A stretch of DNA of 64,000 nucleotides, taken from NCBI GenBank assembly GCA_041663005.1, contig JBAZRK010000001.1, positions 28,976 to 92,975 on the forward strand, given 5' to 3'. The DNA comes from Minisyncoccota bacterium. GTDB lineage: Bacteria; Patescibacteriota; Minisyncoccia; Phycocordibacterales; UBA9973. Shown in pieces: positions 1 through 7,953 of the stretch. The notes beneath the pieces were generated by a model. It was given only the letters and a program-made list of their open reading frames with translations. It had not been told where the DNA came from and made no database searches. Each line of letters begins with the position of its first letter. Within the stretch, counting starts at the first letter, position 1. The translations under genes and the position numbers were made by a program.

Positions 1-1
1 C

Positions 2-1024
2 GTGAAAAAGCTCTGGGAAGGAGAGAAATTTAACAGCAAAATCCGAGTGCTCTGCAACGGCCCCAAGACTGACCAGTACCTGGACCTCGTGGAGGAATTG
101 CGAGGCAAAGGGATGAACATTGTCCCTATCATCGAAAGTATGGAAGAGATGGACCGAATTTTGAAGTATAAAGGCGACGTGGGTGTGCGGGTGGATTTGA
201 ATGTGAAAGCGGATACGCACTGGGATAAGAAGTTCGACCGCTTCGGGTTGTCCGAGAAAGATGTTTTGAGTTTGGGGAAGATTAAAAACCTCAAGATAAT
301 GCATTACCATATGGGTTCGCAGATCAAGACCCAGAAAAGTATCTTGGACGGAGTTAAGCATGGCTTTACCATTTATCGCGAACTGCAGAAAACTCACCCT
401 TCACTCGACACGCTCGACATAGGTGGTGGCTTCGGGGTTCCTTATGAGAAGAAGAAGTTTTATACCGCTAAGGGAGTTTCCAGTAAAATTATTAAAGTCT
501 TGAAAAATTTGTCCGACAAGTCGGGGATAAGGCATCCGAACTTGGCAGTAGAATGGGGTCAGTATATCGTTGCGCCGTCGCAGGTTACCATATACAGAGT
601 TATTTCTGAGAAATCCATCCCGAAAGCGAATGCTAAATCCTGGTACATAGTCGACGGGAGCTTTATGAATGACCTTAAAGACACCTGGGCCATACATCAG
701 AAGTGGCACACTATTCCGGCGAACAATATGAACGGCGCGCTAAGGACTGTGTGGCTCGCGGGTTCGACCTGTGATTCTGACGATAAATATACTGCCGGAG
801 GAAACTACATTCTCCTGCCTAAACTCCACGAGACGAAGGACCAGCTGGTGGCAATTTTAGACACGGGAGCATATCAAGATGCGCTATCCTCTCACCACTG
901 TCTGCTCTCAGCCCCTATGAAAATCATTGCTCAAGATGGAACAATTACCATAGCTCGTCGTCGAGAAAATCCTGATTCCATTGGTAAACTTTTCGGCTGG
1001 AACGGCTCCACTGGAAAACTATGA
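2..1024 (+). CDS. speA: biosynthetic arginine decarboxylase, C-terminal ~340 aa (5' part of gene lies upstream of window)
   Basis: ORF open to window edge; motifs CNGPK, MHYHMGSQ, LDIGGGFGVPYE, GSTCDSDD collinear with E. coli SpeA (CNGYK / LHFHLGSQ / FDVGGGLGVDYEG); Orn/DAP/Arg decarboxylase PLP fold. Confidence 0.8.
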   Translation: MKKLWEGEKFNSKIRVLCNGPKTDQYLDLVEELRGKGMNIVPIIESMEEMDRILKYKGDVGVRVDLNVKADTHWDKKFDRFGLSEKDVLSLGKIKNLKIMHYHMGSQIKTQKSILDGVKHGFTIYRELQKTHPSLDTLDIGGGFGVPYEKKKFYTAKGVSSKIIKVLKNLSDKSGIRHPNLAVEWGQYIVAPSQVTIYRVISEKSIPKANAKSWYIVDGSFMNDLKDTWAIHQKWHTIPANNMNGALRTVWLAGSTCDSDDKYTAGGNYILLPKLHETKDQLVAILDTGAYQDALSSHHCLLSAPMKIIAQDGTITIARRRENPDSIGKLFGWNGSTGKL

Positions 1025-1470
1025 AGAATAGTGTATTTATAATAATAATTTTTATACTGTGTGTCGGCTTTTTGGGTAGTTTGCCACCACGCAGTTTATT
1101 GCCGGAAAATATTCGTTATGCTGTGCTCGCTGGGCAGAGTGTGAAAGTTGAATTGGCTATAACAAAAGAAGCGCAAATTCGCGGACTCTCGGGGAGGAGC
1201 GGGCTTCCTGAGGGTGAAGGTATGCTTTTTATTTTTGACACCCCAAGCAAGAAAATATTCTGGATGAAAGATATGAATTTTGCGATTGATATGATATGGA
1301 TTACGGAAGGGAAGAAAGTTGTTTATATAGAAAAGAATGCCAGGCCGGAGTCCTACCCAGGGACGTATTTCGGGCCAGACACCCGTGTGAAATACGTACT
1401 CGAAGTGCCTGCCGGATTTGCCGACAAGTACAACCTGGAACCTGGCAATCCTGTCGTATTTACAGATTAG
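1021..1470 (+). CDS. DUF192 (COG1430) family protein with N-terminal signal/TM segment
   Basis: 149 aa; hydrophobic N-terminus; DUF192-like motif pattern (GEGMLFIF, FWMKDMNFAIDMIWI); 4-nt overlap with speA stop. Confidence 0.6.
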   Translation: MKNSVFIIIIFILCVGFLGSLPPRSLLPENIRYAVLAGQSVKVELAITKEAQIRGLSGRSGLPEGEGMLFIFDTPSKKIFWMKDMNFAIDMIWITEGKKVVYIEKNARPESYPGTYFGPDTRVKYVLEVPAGFADKYNLEPGNPVVFTD

Positions 1471-1492
1471 AACATTTATAGTATATTATTCG

Positions 1493-1897
1493 GAGCCTTG
1501 TGCTTTGATAGCTACTCTCCGTTTCGGCGGAGGGAGGAAAGTCCGAACACACAGCTCCGCAAGGAGTTAAACGTAGCGGGTAACGCCCGCCGCCCGCAAG
1601 GGCCGAGGTGCGAACAGTGACGAACCGATTCAGTTCGGGTGAAACGGCAAAATCCTTACGCGTGTGCAAGATCGTGCTCCAATTTTGCCTGCCATAGGCA
1701 GCTGCAAAATTGAGAGTCTTGAGCGAAGCCGAAAGGCCCTTCGATAAACTCAGGATGCTCAATTAATGCAACCACCTACGGTGGGCATAATTGGCAGAGA
1801 ATCGCTTGATCCGCCTGGTAACAGGCGTGACAGATAAATTGCTATCGCTCGATGTAATATCAAGCCACAGAATTCGGCTTATAAAGCGCAAGGCCCA
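1493..1897 (+). ncRNA. rnpB: RNase P RNA, bacterial type A
   Basis: Conserved RNase P motifs read directly: GGAGGAAAGUCCGAAC (P4 5' strand/CR-I), GGUAACGCC (CR-II), GGGUGAAACGG (CR-IV), ACAGAAUUCGGCUUAUA (CR-V/P4 3' strand); P1 helix gccuugugc(1495-1503)/gcgcaaggc(1885-1893); followed by intrinsic terminator. Confidence 0.9.
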
Positions 1898-1902
1898 AAT
1901 AT

Positions 1903-1936
1903 GAAAAATCCCCTAGAAATAGGGGATTTTTCTATT
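1903..1936 (+). terminator. intrinsic terminator after rnpB
   Basis: aaaaatcccctagaaataggggatttttc: 8-bp GC-containing stem plus T-run. Confidence 0.75.
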
Positions 1937-1963
1937 GAACTGGCGATAGGAGCCCTTAAAACT

Positions 1964-1991
1964 TGCATTTTTAAATAGAATATGCTATACT
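1964..1991 (+). promoter_or_regulatory. sigma70-like promoter (TTGCAT-16/17-TATACT)
   Basis: ttgcat at 1964-1969, tatact at 1986-1991; lies ~60 nt upstream of a GC hairpin terminator. Confidence 0.4.
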
Positions 1992-2048
1992 ATGGAAGTG
2001 AGTGTGAGGTTGATCCTTACATTTATCGTAAACAACATAAGTGCCGCA

Positions 2049-2083
2049 AAACCCCGCCGCAAGGCGGGGTTTTGTTTTGTTTT
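2049..2083 (+). terminator. intrinsic terminator / attenuator hairpin upstream of EamA-like gene
   Basis: aaaaccccgccgcaaggcggggttttgttttgtttt: 7-bp G/C stem, T-rich tail; sits between promoter at 1964-1991 and a second TATAAT (2098-2103) preceding the 2112 start. Confidence 0.6.
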
Positions 2084-2111
2084 AAATATCGTTGCGAGGT
2101 ATAATTTACAT

Positions 2112-2561
2112 ATGTATATCATTTACGCATTGCTCGGGGCTGTTATGGCGAGCATGGGGACAATCTTTGCAAAGTTGGGGCTCAAGGGTGTGGACGCAAA
2201 TTTACTCACTGCGATTCGGGGTATAGTGATGGCTATTATAGTTTCTATCGCAGCGCTTTCTTTTGGCAAGCTTACAATGCCCGCAGTACAATCGCTATCT
2301 CCAAGGCAGTGGCTCTTTGTGGTGCTCTCCGGCTTGGGCGGCGCTTTGTCTTGGATATTTTTCTATCAAGCGCTATCTGTGGGTCCCACGGTCGCCGTCA
2401 CGGTCATAGATAAACTTTCTGTAGTTATCACCGCAATTCTCGCAATCTTCGTCCTGGCGGAAGGTATGACCATCCAATCGGGGATTGGGCTCGCTTTAGT
2501 CTTCCTCGGTACGCTTTTGGTGTCTGTGCCTTGGGAAAAAATAAAAGGATTATTTTTTTGA
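2112..2561 (+). CDS. small DMT/EamA-family membrane protein (single EamA domain, 4 TM)
   Basis: 149 aa from ATG 2112 (upstream in-frame extension to 1992 crosses a promoter and terminator so is unlikely translated); hydrophobic profile and EamA-like motif ...FFYQALSVGPTVAVTVIDKLSVVITAILAIFVLAE. Confidence 0.6.
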   Translation: MYIIYALLGAVMASMGTIFAKLGLKGVDANLLTAIRGIVMAIIVSIAALSFGKLTMPAVQSLSPRQWLFVVLSGLGGALSWIFFYQALSVGPTVAVTVIDKLSVVITAILAIFVLAEGMTIQSGIGLALVFLGTLLVSVPWEKIKGLFF

Positions 2562-2586
2562 ATTATTAAAAATTAATAAAATAAAG

Positions 2587-3441
2587 ATGATCACCAAAGA
2601 ATTAGAAAGATACATTATTCAAGCAAAAGCTCAGGGAATGACTGAAGCGCAAATTCGCCAGAACCTTATGGGGAGCGGAGGTTGGAGTCCTGCTGACCTA
2701 GATCAAGCCTTTAGTGTTTTTAGCGGAGGTGGTATTTCTGGGGGAACTGTTGTTGCCGGGGGCGCAACTGTTGGTGCAAAAAGTTATTTAGGCTGGGTGA
2801 TAGGAGCAATCCTCATATTAGGGGCAGTCGGCGGAGGTGGTTATTATTTTTTGAATCTTTCCAATAACCCAGGTTCATCTAGTTCAGAATTTAACGCAAG
2901 CACCGGTCAATTAAATTCATCAGAGGAAGATTTAGCTGCAGAAGGTTTGGGGCAAACACCGACTAACCCAGTACCAGGCACTTTAACAGAAAGCAAGCCT
3001 TCAAATACTTTTGGAGTAGAAAAAGATTGTGGAATTGCGTTGAATGATGATGAGTTTAATGATAAGGGAGCTTGCATGGGTCTGGCCCTAGCCACTTGTT
3101 CTCTAGCTAAGATAGCTCAAGGTCCTACCACCGAAAGGCTTACCATTACTATTAAACCAGAAGGAAACTCTTGCATATTATCAGCCTCTTCGAATGTAGA
3201 GGTTTCAGGTTTTGAACTCAAAACCTGCAAATTTTCAAATTCTTCCTTAAGCACACTAAGGTCAGAGTTACTTAATCTTAAGCAACGCGTTAACCCCTCT
3301 TTTAAAGGGGGTGCTATGGATGAATCCATTAATACCGATATTTTTCTAAGAATTTTTGAGGCGACGTTGGATGAAAAAGCATTGAAGAGTTTACAAACCG
3401 GCACTATTTCTTTCTCAAAAATGGATGTGAGTTGCCAGTAA
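2587..3441 (+). CDS. single-pass membrane protein, paralog family member A: conserved N-terminal cytoplasmic module + TM + Cys-rich ectodomain ending FSKMDVSCQ
   Basis: 284 aa; N-term MITKELERYIIQAKAQGMTEAQIRQNLMGSGGWSPADLDQAF, Gly-rich TM, ectodomain KDCG..ACMG..C..IKPEG..C..CKF...FSKMDVSCQ shared with the next gene. Confidence 0.75.
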   Translation: MITKELERYIIQAKAQGMTEAQIRQNLMGSGGWSPADLDQAFSVFSGGGISGGTVVAGGATVGAKSYLGWVIGAILILGAVGGGGYYFLNLSNNPGSSSSEFNASTGQLNSSEEDLAAEGLGQTPTNPVPGTLTESKPSNTFGVEKDCGIALNDDEFNDKGACMGLALATCSLAKIAQGPTTERLTITIKPEGNSCILSASSNVEVSGFELKTCKFSNSSLSTLRSELLNLKQRVNPSFKGGAMDESINTDIFLRIFEATLDEKALKSLQTGTISFSKMDVSCQ

Positions 3442-3470
3442 GAAATTATTATTAATTATTAACTAATTTT

Positions 3471-4355
3471 ATGATCACACCGGAATTAGAAAATTACATA
3501 AAACAATCTCGTGTGCAAGGAGTGCCCGATGCTCAAATCCGCCAGAATCTTATGGCAAGTGGGGGCTGGAGTGAAGGTGATTTAAATGAAGCGTTTGGAG
3601 GTTTTCAAACACCCATACCAACCCCAGTAGCAGCCGTAGGCATAGCCGCGTCCAGTCATTTGCCACTAATCTTTGGCATAATTGGAGTGTTGATTTTAGT
3701 TGGTGGAGGATTTTTGGGCTATCAATATTATTTAAAATATAAATTTTCACACTCTATAATGGTTTTCGATATGCCGTCTGATGAGAAAGTAAATGAACCG
3801 TCAAACACCACACAAGAAAATCCGCCCATAGAGCCAGAAGAGAGTTCGGGGTTTAGTGGGTTAATGTCTGGTGAAAAAGACTGTGGAACAGCTTTTATTT
3901 ACAGTAAAGATTATGATTTTAATAAAGCTAGCACAGACCTTCAAAACGCTACGAATATTAGAGAGGGTAATGCTTGTATGGGACGAGCTTTTTCTCCCTG
4001 CACGCCTGCAAAGTTAAAGGTATCGTTTTCCGACCCACAATTCGGTACGTCATACTACACAATTAAGCCAGAAGGAGATTTCTGTGTTCTTAATTTTTCA
4101 GAAGAAAATACCGTCAAATCAAATCAGGCACCATACAAATCTTGTAAGTTTTTAAATTCGGATATACCAGAAGTAAAAGCTGACCTCCAAAAAGTCCAAA
4201 ATTCTATGGGGATTATGGGGGCTGATGCCGAGCTTGCGACCAATGCCACGTTCTTTATGTTTGTCTCTACCACTTTATATAACGCAGAAAGTTTAAAACA
4301 AACTAAATCCATAATTGGGGTGGATTTCTCAAAAATGGATGTGAGTTGCCAGTAA
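3471..4355 (+). CDS. single-pass membrane protein, paralog family member B (tandem duplicate of previous gene)
   Basis: 294 aa; N-term MITPELENYIKQSRVQGVPDAQIRQNLMASGGWSEGDLNEAF; same six-Cys ectodomain pattern and identical C-terminus FSKMDVSCQ. Confidence 0.75.
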   Translation: MITPELENYIKQSRVQGVPDAQIRQNLMASGGWSEGDLNEAFGGFQTPIPTPVAAVGIAASSHLPLIFGIIGVLILVGGGFLGYQYYLKYKFSHSIMVFDMPSDEKVNEPSNTTQENPPIEPEESSGFSGLMSGEKDCGTAFIYSKDYDFNKASTDLQNATNIREGNACMGRAFSPCTPAKLKVSFSDPQFGTSYYTIKPEGDFCVLNFSEENTVKSNQAPYKSCKFLNSDIPEVKADLQKVQNSMGIMGADAELATNATFFMFVSTTLYNAESLKQTKSIIGVDFSKMDVSCQ

Positions 4356-4485
4356 ATCAAGCAAAGCTAATCCCTGGAGTCAGTTAACAGCTTTAGTTAT
4401 CCACAGTTTATTTTATATTAGTTAGGTATATAATTATGCTAAATTATAGTATTTTTATATTAATTATTAACTAATTTAATTAAAT

Positions 4486-5928
4486 ATGGATAACACATCC
4501 ACACGGGCAGGGCTGAAGAACTTTTTAGAAATTCCTTACGATACGCTCGAGGCGATGAACTTGAGAGCTAAGGCCCTTGCCGAGAAAGCGAGCGGGGCGG
4601 TGCTTGAGAAAGAATACCGAGCTTATCTCGCGAAAGAGAAACGAATAAAAGCAGTGACACTCTGCTTTACGGACCTAGAAGGGCGCTTCCATATGCTCGA
4701 CTACGATAAAAAATTTTTACTTAATTCAGCCGACAACCTGACCTTCGACGGGTCATCGATTCGTGGATTTTCCGAACAGCACGAGTCCGACCTGCGCCTG
4801 TCTGTGGACTGGGGCAGTATCCGATTTCTTCCCGCAGATATTTTCGGCCCTGGGAAAGTCGTGATGTTTGTGGATGTTTTAGATCGTGACCGCAAGCAAT
4901 ATATTTCTGATTTCCGCGGGCAGTTGAAAATGTATACTGCAACACTTAAAAAGAAGAGCGGACTTACTGCCTTTGCAGCGGCCGAAGTGGAGGGCTTCCT
5001 CGTGGATGGGGCTAATGCTGAGCAAGAATATGAAAAGAAAGGATTTACCCTTATTTCTACAGGGGGATATTACCATTCATTGCCACTGGACCGCTTGCGT
5101 CAATTCATTGACAGAGCGGCGGAAGCTCAGCGAGCGATGGGTTTCCTAAATGAAAAAGACCATCCGGAAGTGGCGCCCTCGCAGTTCGAAATGAATTTCT
5201 CTTATAGCGACATCATCCGTGCCGCGGACAATATTCAACTTTATAAGCTTGTGTGCCGTCAGGTGGCGGACAATCTCGGGATGACAGCGACATTCTTGCC
5301 GAAGCCGGTGGTGGGCATTAACGGTTCGGGAATGCATATCAATTTTTCTCTGGCAAAAAATGGCAAAAATATTTTCTATAGCGCCAAAGGTAAAGAAGGC
5401 TTGTCGGACATTGCCTGGGATTTCATTTCCCGACTTCTAAACCACGCGCCTGACATATGTCTCGCTTTCAACTCGAGCGTAAATGCTTATCGCCGATTGG
5501 ACCCGCATTTTGAAGCACCGAATCAGATAAAAGTATCACCGATAGATCGCGGATCAATGATTCGTATTCCAGTAGGGAACGAGAAAACAACACGAATAGA
5601 AGTGCGCTCTGTGGCACCTGACTCGAATCCTTACCTCGCCCTTTACACTATTCTCCGCACGGGGTTAGAAGGAAAGCCTCTAGTGAAAGACAAGGATAAA
5701 CGCGAACGAGTGCGTGTGTTACCGGACAACATTAATGACGCCATCAAGCTTTTCAAAGCGAGCGATTTCATTGGACGAATTTTAAGTGCGCCAAACCAGT
5801 GGAAATATGCAGAGTTCAAGCAAATGGCTGCAGACCGTAGCCCGAAGGCCCTGGGTGCTACCATCAAACCGTCGGAAATAATCTATCACCACGAAGTGAC
5901 CAACCAGGTCCTATGGCACGAGTTTTAG
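4486..5928 (+). CDS. glutamine synthetase family protein (GlnA-like; could alternatively be a gamma-glutamyl-amine ligase)
   Basis: 480 aa; beta-grasp N-domain (CFTDLEGRFH), catalytic-domain motifs PSQFEMNF and GSGMHINFSL resembling GS PGQFEI / GSGMHxHxSL. Confidence 0.75.
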   Translation: MDNTSTRAGLKNFLEIPYDTLEAMNLRAKALAEKASGAVLEKEYRAYLAKEKRIKAVTLCFTDLEGRFHMLDYDKKFLLNSADNLTFDGSSIRGFSEQHESDLRLSVDWGSIRFLPADIFGPGKVVMFVDVLDRDRKQYISDFRGQLKMYTATLKKKSGLTAFAAAEVEGFLVDGANAEQEYEKKGFTLISTGGYYHSLPLDRLRQFIDRAAEAQRAMGFLNEKDHPEVAPSQFEMNFSYSDIIRAADNIQLYKLVCRQVADNLGMTATFLPKPVVGINGSGMHINFSLAKNGKNIFYSAKGKEGLSDIAWDFISRLLNHAPDICLAFNSSVNAYRRLDPHFEAPNQIKVSPIDRGSMIRIPVGNEKTTRIEVRSVAPDSNPYLALYTILRTGLEGKPLVKDKDKRERVRVLPDNINDAIKLFKASDFIGRILSAPNQWKYAEFKQMAADRSPKALGATIKPSEIIYHHEVTNQVLWHEF

Positions 5929-6004
5929 TGGTGGACCCGAGGAGACTCGAACTCCTTACCCCCTCATTGCAAATGAGGTGCTCTACCAGATGAGCTACGG
6001 GCCC
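5929..6004 (-). tRNA. tRNA-Ala (anticodon UGC)
   Basis: Reverse complement GGGCCCGUAGCUCAUCUGGUAGAGCACCUCAUUUGCAAUGAGGGGGUAAGGAGUUCGAGUCUCCUCGGGUCCACCA: cloverleaf with 7-bp acceptor, G3:U70 Ala identity pair, anticodon loop UUUGCAA, discriminator A73, encoded CCA; abuts glnA-family stop codon. Confidence 0.9.
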
Positions 6005-6044
6005 GTTAATTAAACTTTGCCTATTCTAACGTATTTTACTGATA

Positions 6045-7115
6045 ATGCAAATTACTGTTCCCTATGCTAGTCTAAAAAGCATAATGGCCTACGAATTTTA
6101 TACCAACTCACAGAAGACCTGGACGGCAATGTTTCAAGCGATTGAGAACGCTAGAAGCTCTGTTTACTTGGAAACATATATATTTCTCGACGACTTGCAC
6201 AAATTTGATTTCCTGCGGTTGTTTCAAAAGAAAGCAGAGCAGGGAGTAAGGGTGCGCATTGTGCTTGATGCGTTCGGTAGTAGAGAATTGCCCAAGAAAT
6301 CAGTAGAAGAGCTTAAGGCGAGCGGGGTGGAAGTATTTTTTTACAGCCAGCTCTTGCACAGGATTCATAGGAAAATATTGATAATCGATGACAATACCGC
6401 TTTCATTGGCGGAGTCAATTTCCACGAAGTTGCGCGAACCTGGAATGATTTAACTATTCTTATTCGCGGTGTCTTAGTGAAGTCTATATTGCGCTCCTTT
6501 GCGAAGGTCTATGTCGAATGTGGGGGGCGAGACCCGCTAATTTTGAAAGAAAACAAAAAGCTCATCCTGGACAAAGCACGCAACTGGCTGGTGGAGCATT
6601 TCCCGGAAAACAAAAGCGCGACACTGAAGAAAGTTTATAAAAAAGCGTTAAGCAAAGCGGAGAGCCACGTGATACTAGTGACGCCTTACTTAATGCCCAG
6701 GCGGTGGTTCGTGAGAGCGCTCCACCAGGCGGTGCTTCGTGGGGTCCGGGTAGATGTCTTGGTGCCGAAAGTTTCCAATCACATTTGGGGTGACAGCATA
6801 GGAGCCTTTTTTATGCATAGACTTGCGCTCCTAGGGGTAAACTTTTATCTCGAGCCCGAGATGAACCATGCCAAAGGTATGCTCATCGATGATAGCGAAG
6901 GTCTGGTGGGCTCGAACAATCTCGACTTCTTTTCTTTCGATCTCAATTCAGAAGTTTGTGTTTTCTTAAGGGATCCAGAAGCGGTACAAAGGCTTGCGGA
7001 AATAATAGTAGGCTGGCAGAAGAAGGCAGAGCTTTTCAACCCGGACACCTATAAACCAAAATTTATCGATTACATTATCTCGCCTCTAGTGCGAATTCTC
7101 TCGCGAATTTTCTAA
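6045..7115 (+). CDS. phospholipase D / cardiolipin-synthase-like protein with two HKD motifs
   Basis: 356 aa; HRKILIIDDNTAFIGGVNF and HAKGMLIDDSEGLVGSNNLD = two HxKxxxxD motifs; start may be at downstream Met (6084). Confidence 0.75.
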   Translation: MQITVPYASLKSIMAYEFYTNSQKTWTAMFQAIENARSSVYLETYIFLDDLHKFDFLRLFQKKAEQGVRVRIVLDAFGSRELPKKSVEELKASGVEVFFYSQLLHRIHRKILIIDDNTAFIGGVNFHEVARTWNDLTILIRGVLVKSILRSFAKVYVECGGRDPLILKENKKLILDKARNWLVEHFPENKSATLKKVYKKALSKAESHVILVTPYLMPRRWFVRALHQAVLRGVRVDVLVPKVSNHIWGDSIGAFFMHRLALLGVNFYLEPEMNHAKGMLIDDSEGLVGSNNLDFFSFDLNSEVCVFLRDPEAVQRLAEIIVGWQKKAELFNPDTYKPKFIDYIISPLVRILSRIF

Positions 7116-7219
7116 TTTTGTAATATTAAAGCTTCCGAAGCGTCAAATATAGTGACGAGTCGAAAAGTATGCGCGCAGGAAATGCGAGCAAATTATTTAT
7201 TAGCTTAATTAATTGAAAA

Positions 7220-7759
7220 ATGAAAAAAACAACAATTGGAATTTTCGTCGAGCGAAATGATGCGGAAAAATTTATAAACTACGTTCACAATGAAATCAAA
7301 ATTCCCCACGAAGACATTTCTTACATCTATAAAGATGTACTAGGGATTGAAAGGGAAGTTGATACTGAAGAAATAAGCTCGCTTACCACAGCCGAGGGTG
7401 CTGAGAAAGGGGCGAAGACTGGAGCTGTCGTGGGAGCCTTGGGCGGCATCGCTGCCGTCGCGGGCGTCATACCTATAGTCGGGATGCTTTTTGCTGCAGG
7501 GCCCTTGATTGCGGCCATTGGGATTACCGGGGCATTGGGCACTACAGCAGCCGGGGCGGTGACTGGGGCGGCCATAGGGGGCATTATAGGAGCACTAGCT
7601 AACCTTGGGGTGGGTAAAGAGCGAGCCAAGGATTATGAAGACAGGGTTCTCTCCGGCAACATCCTAGTTGCGGTTAACTCAGAACAAGAGAAGGACGTAG
7701 AGGATGCAATGGCGAAACACAATGCCCTTGAGGTGGAGACATATGTGCCGAGTGTATAA
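7220..7759 (+). CDS. glycine-zipper membrane protein (general-stress-protein-like, DUF1269/YflT-like; name tentative)
   Basis: 179 aa; central GxxxG/AxxxG-rich hydrophobic segment flanked by charged N and C domains. Confidence 0.55.
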   Translation: MKKTTIGIFVERNDAEKFINYVHNEIKIPHEDISYIYKDVLGIEREVDTEEISSLTTAEGAEKGAKTGAVVGALGGIAAVAGVIPIVGMLFAAGPLIAAIGITGALGTTAAGAVTGAAIGGIIGALANLGVGKERAKDYEDRVLSGNILVAVNSEQEKDVEDAMAKHNALEVETYVPSV

Positions 7760-7792
7760 ATTCTTATAATTAAAATAGCAGAGGAAACGCCC

Positions 7793-7840
7793 AGCTCGCA
7801 AGGTATCTTGCGAGCTGGGCGTTGTTTTTTGTCGTTTTTC
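7793..7840 (+). terminator. intrinsic terminator
   Basis: cccagctcgcaag gtatc ttgcgagctggg (13-bp stem) followed by cgttgttttttgtcg. Confidence 0.75.
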
Positions 7841-7881
7841 TGCTAAGATGTTAGAAGTTCTTTCAACAATTAAAAATACAT

Positions 7882-7953
7882 TCCGGGGTAGCTCAGCGGT
7901 AGAGCGGTCGCCTGTTAAGCGATTGGTCGTAGGTTCGATCCCTACCCCCGGAG
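7882..7953 (+). tRNA. tRNA-Asn (anticodon GUU)
   Basis: UCCGGGGUAGCUCAGCGGUAGAGCGGUCGCCUGUUAAGCGAUUGGUCGUAGGUUCGAUCCCUACCCCCGGAG: acceptor UCCGGGG/CCCCGGA, anticodon loop CUGUUAA, T-loop UUCGAUC, discriminator G; 3' end overlapped by the stop region of the recombinase ORF. Confidence 0.85.

Noticed and set aside
1992-2111. N-terminal 40-aa extension of the EamA-like ORF in the six-frame track
   Set aside because: The extension spans a TATACT promoter and a strong intrinsic terminator hairpin (2049-2083) and precedes a TATAAT at 2098. The real start is more plausibly ATG 2112.
7327-7629. 100-aa Ala/Pro-rich ORF antisense to the glycine-zipper gene
   Set aside because: Shadow ORF generated by the GC-rich Gly/Ala codon run of the sense gene.
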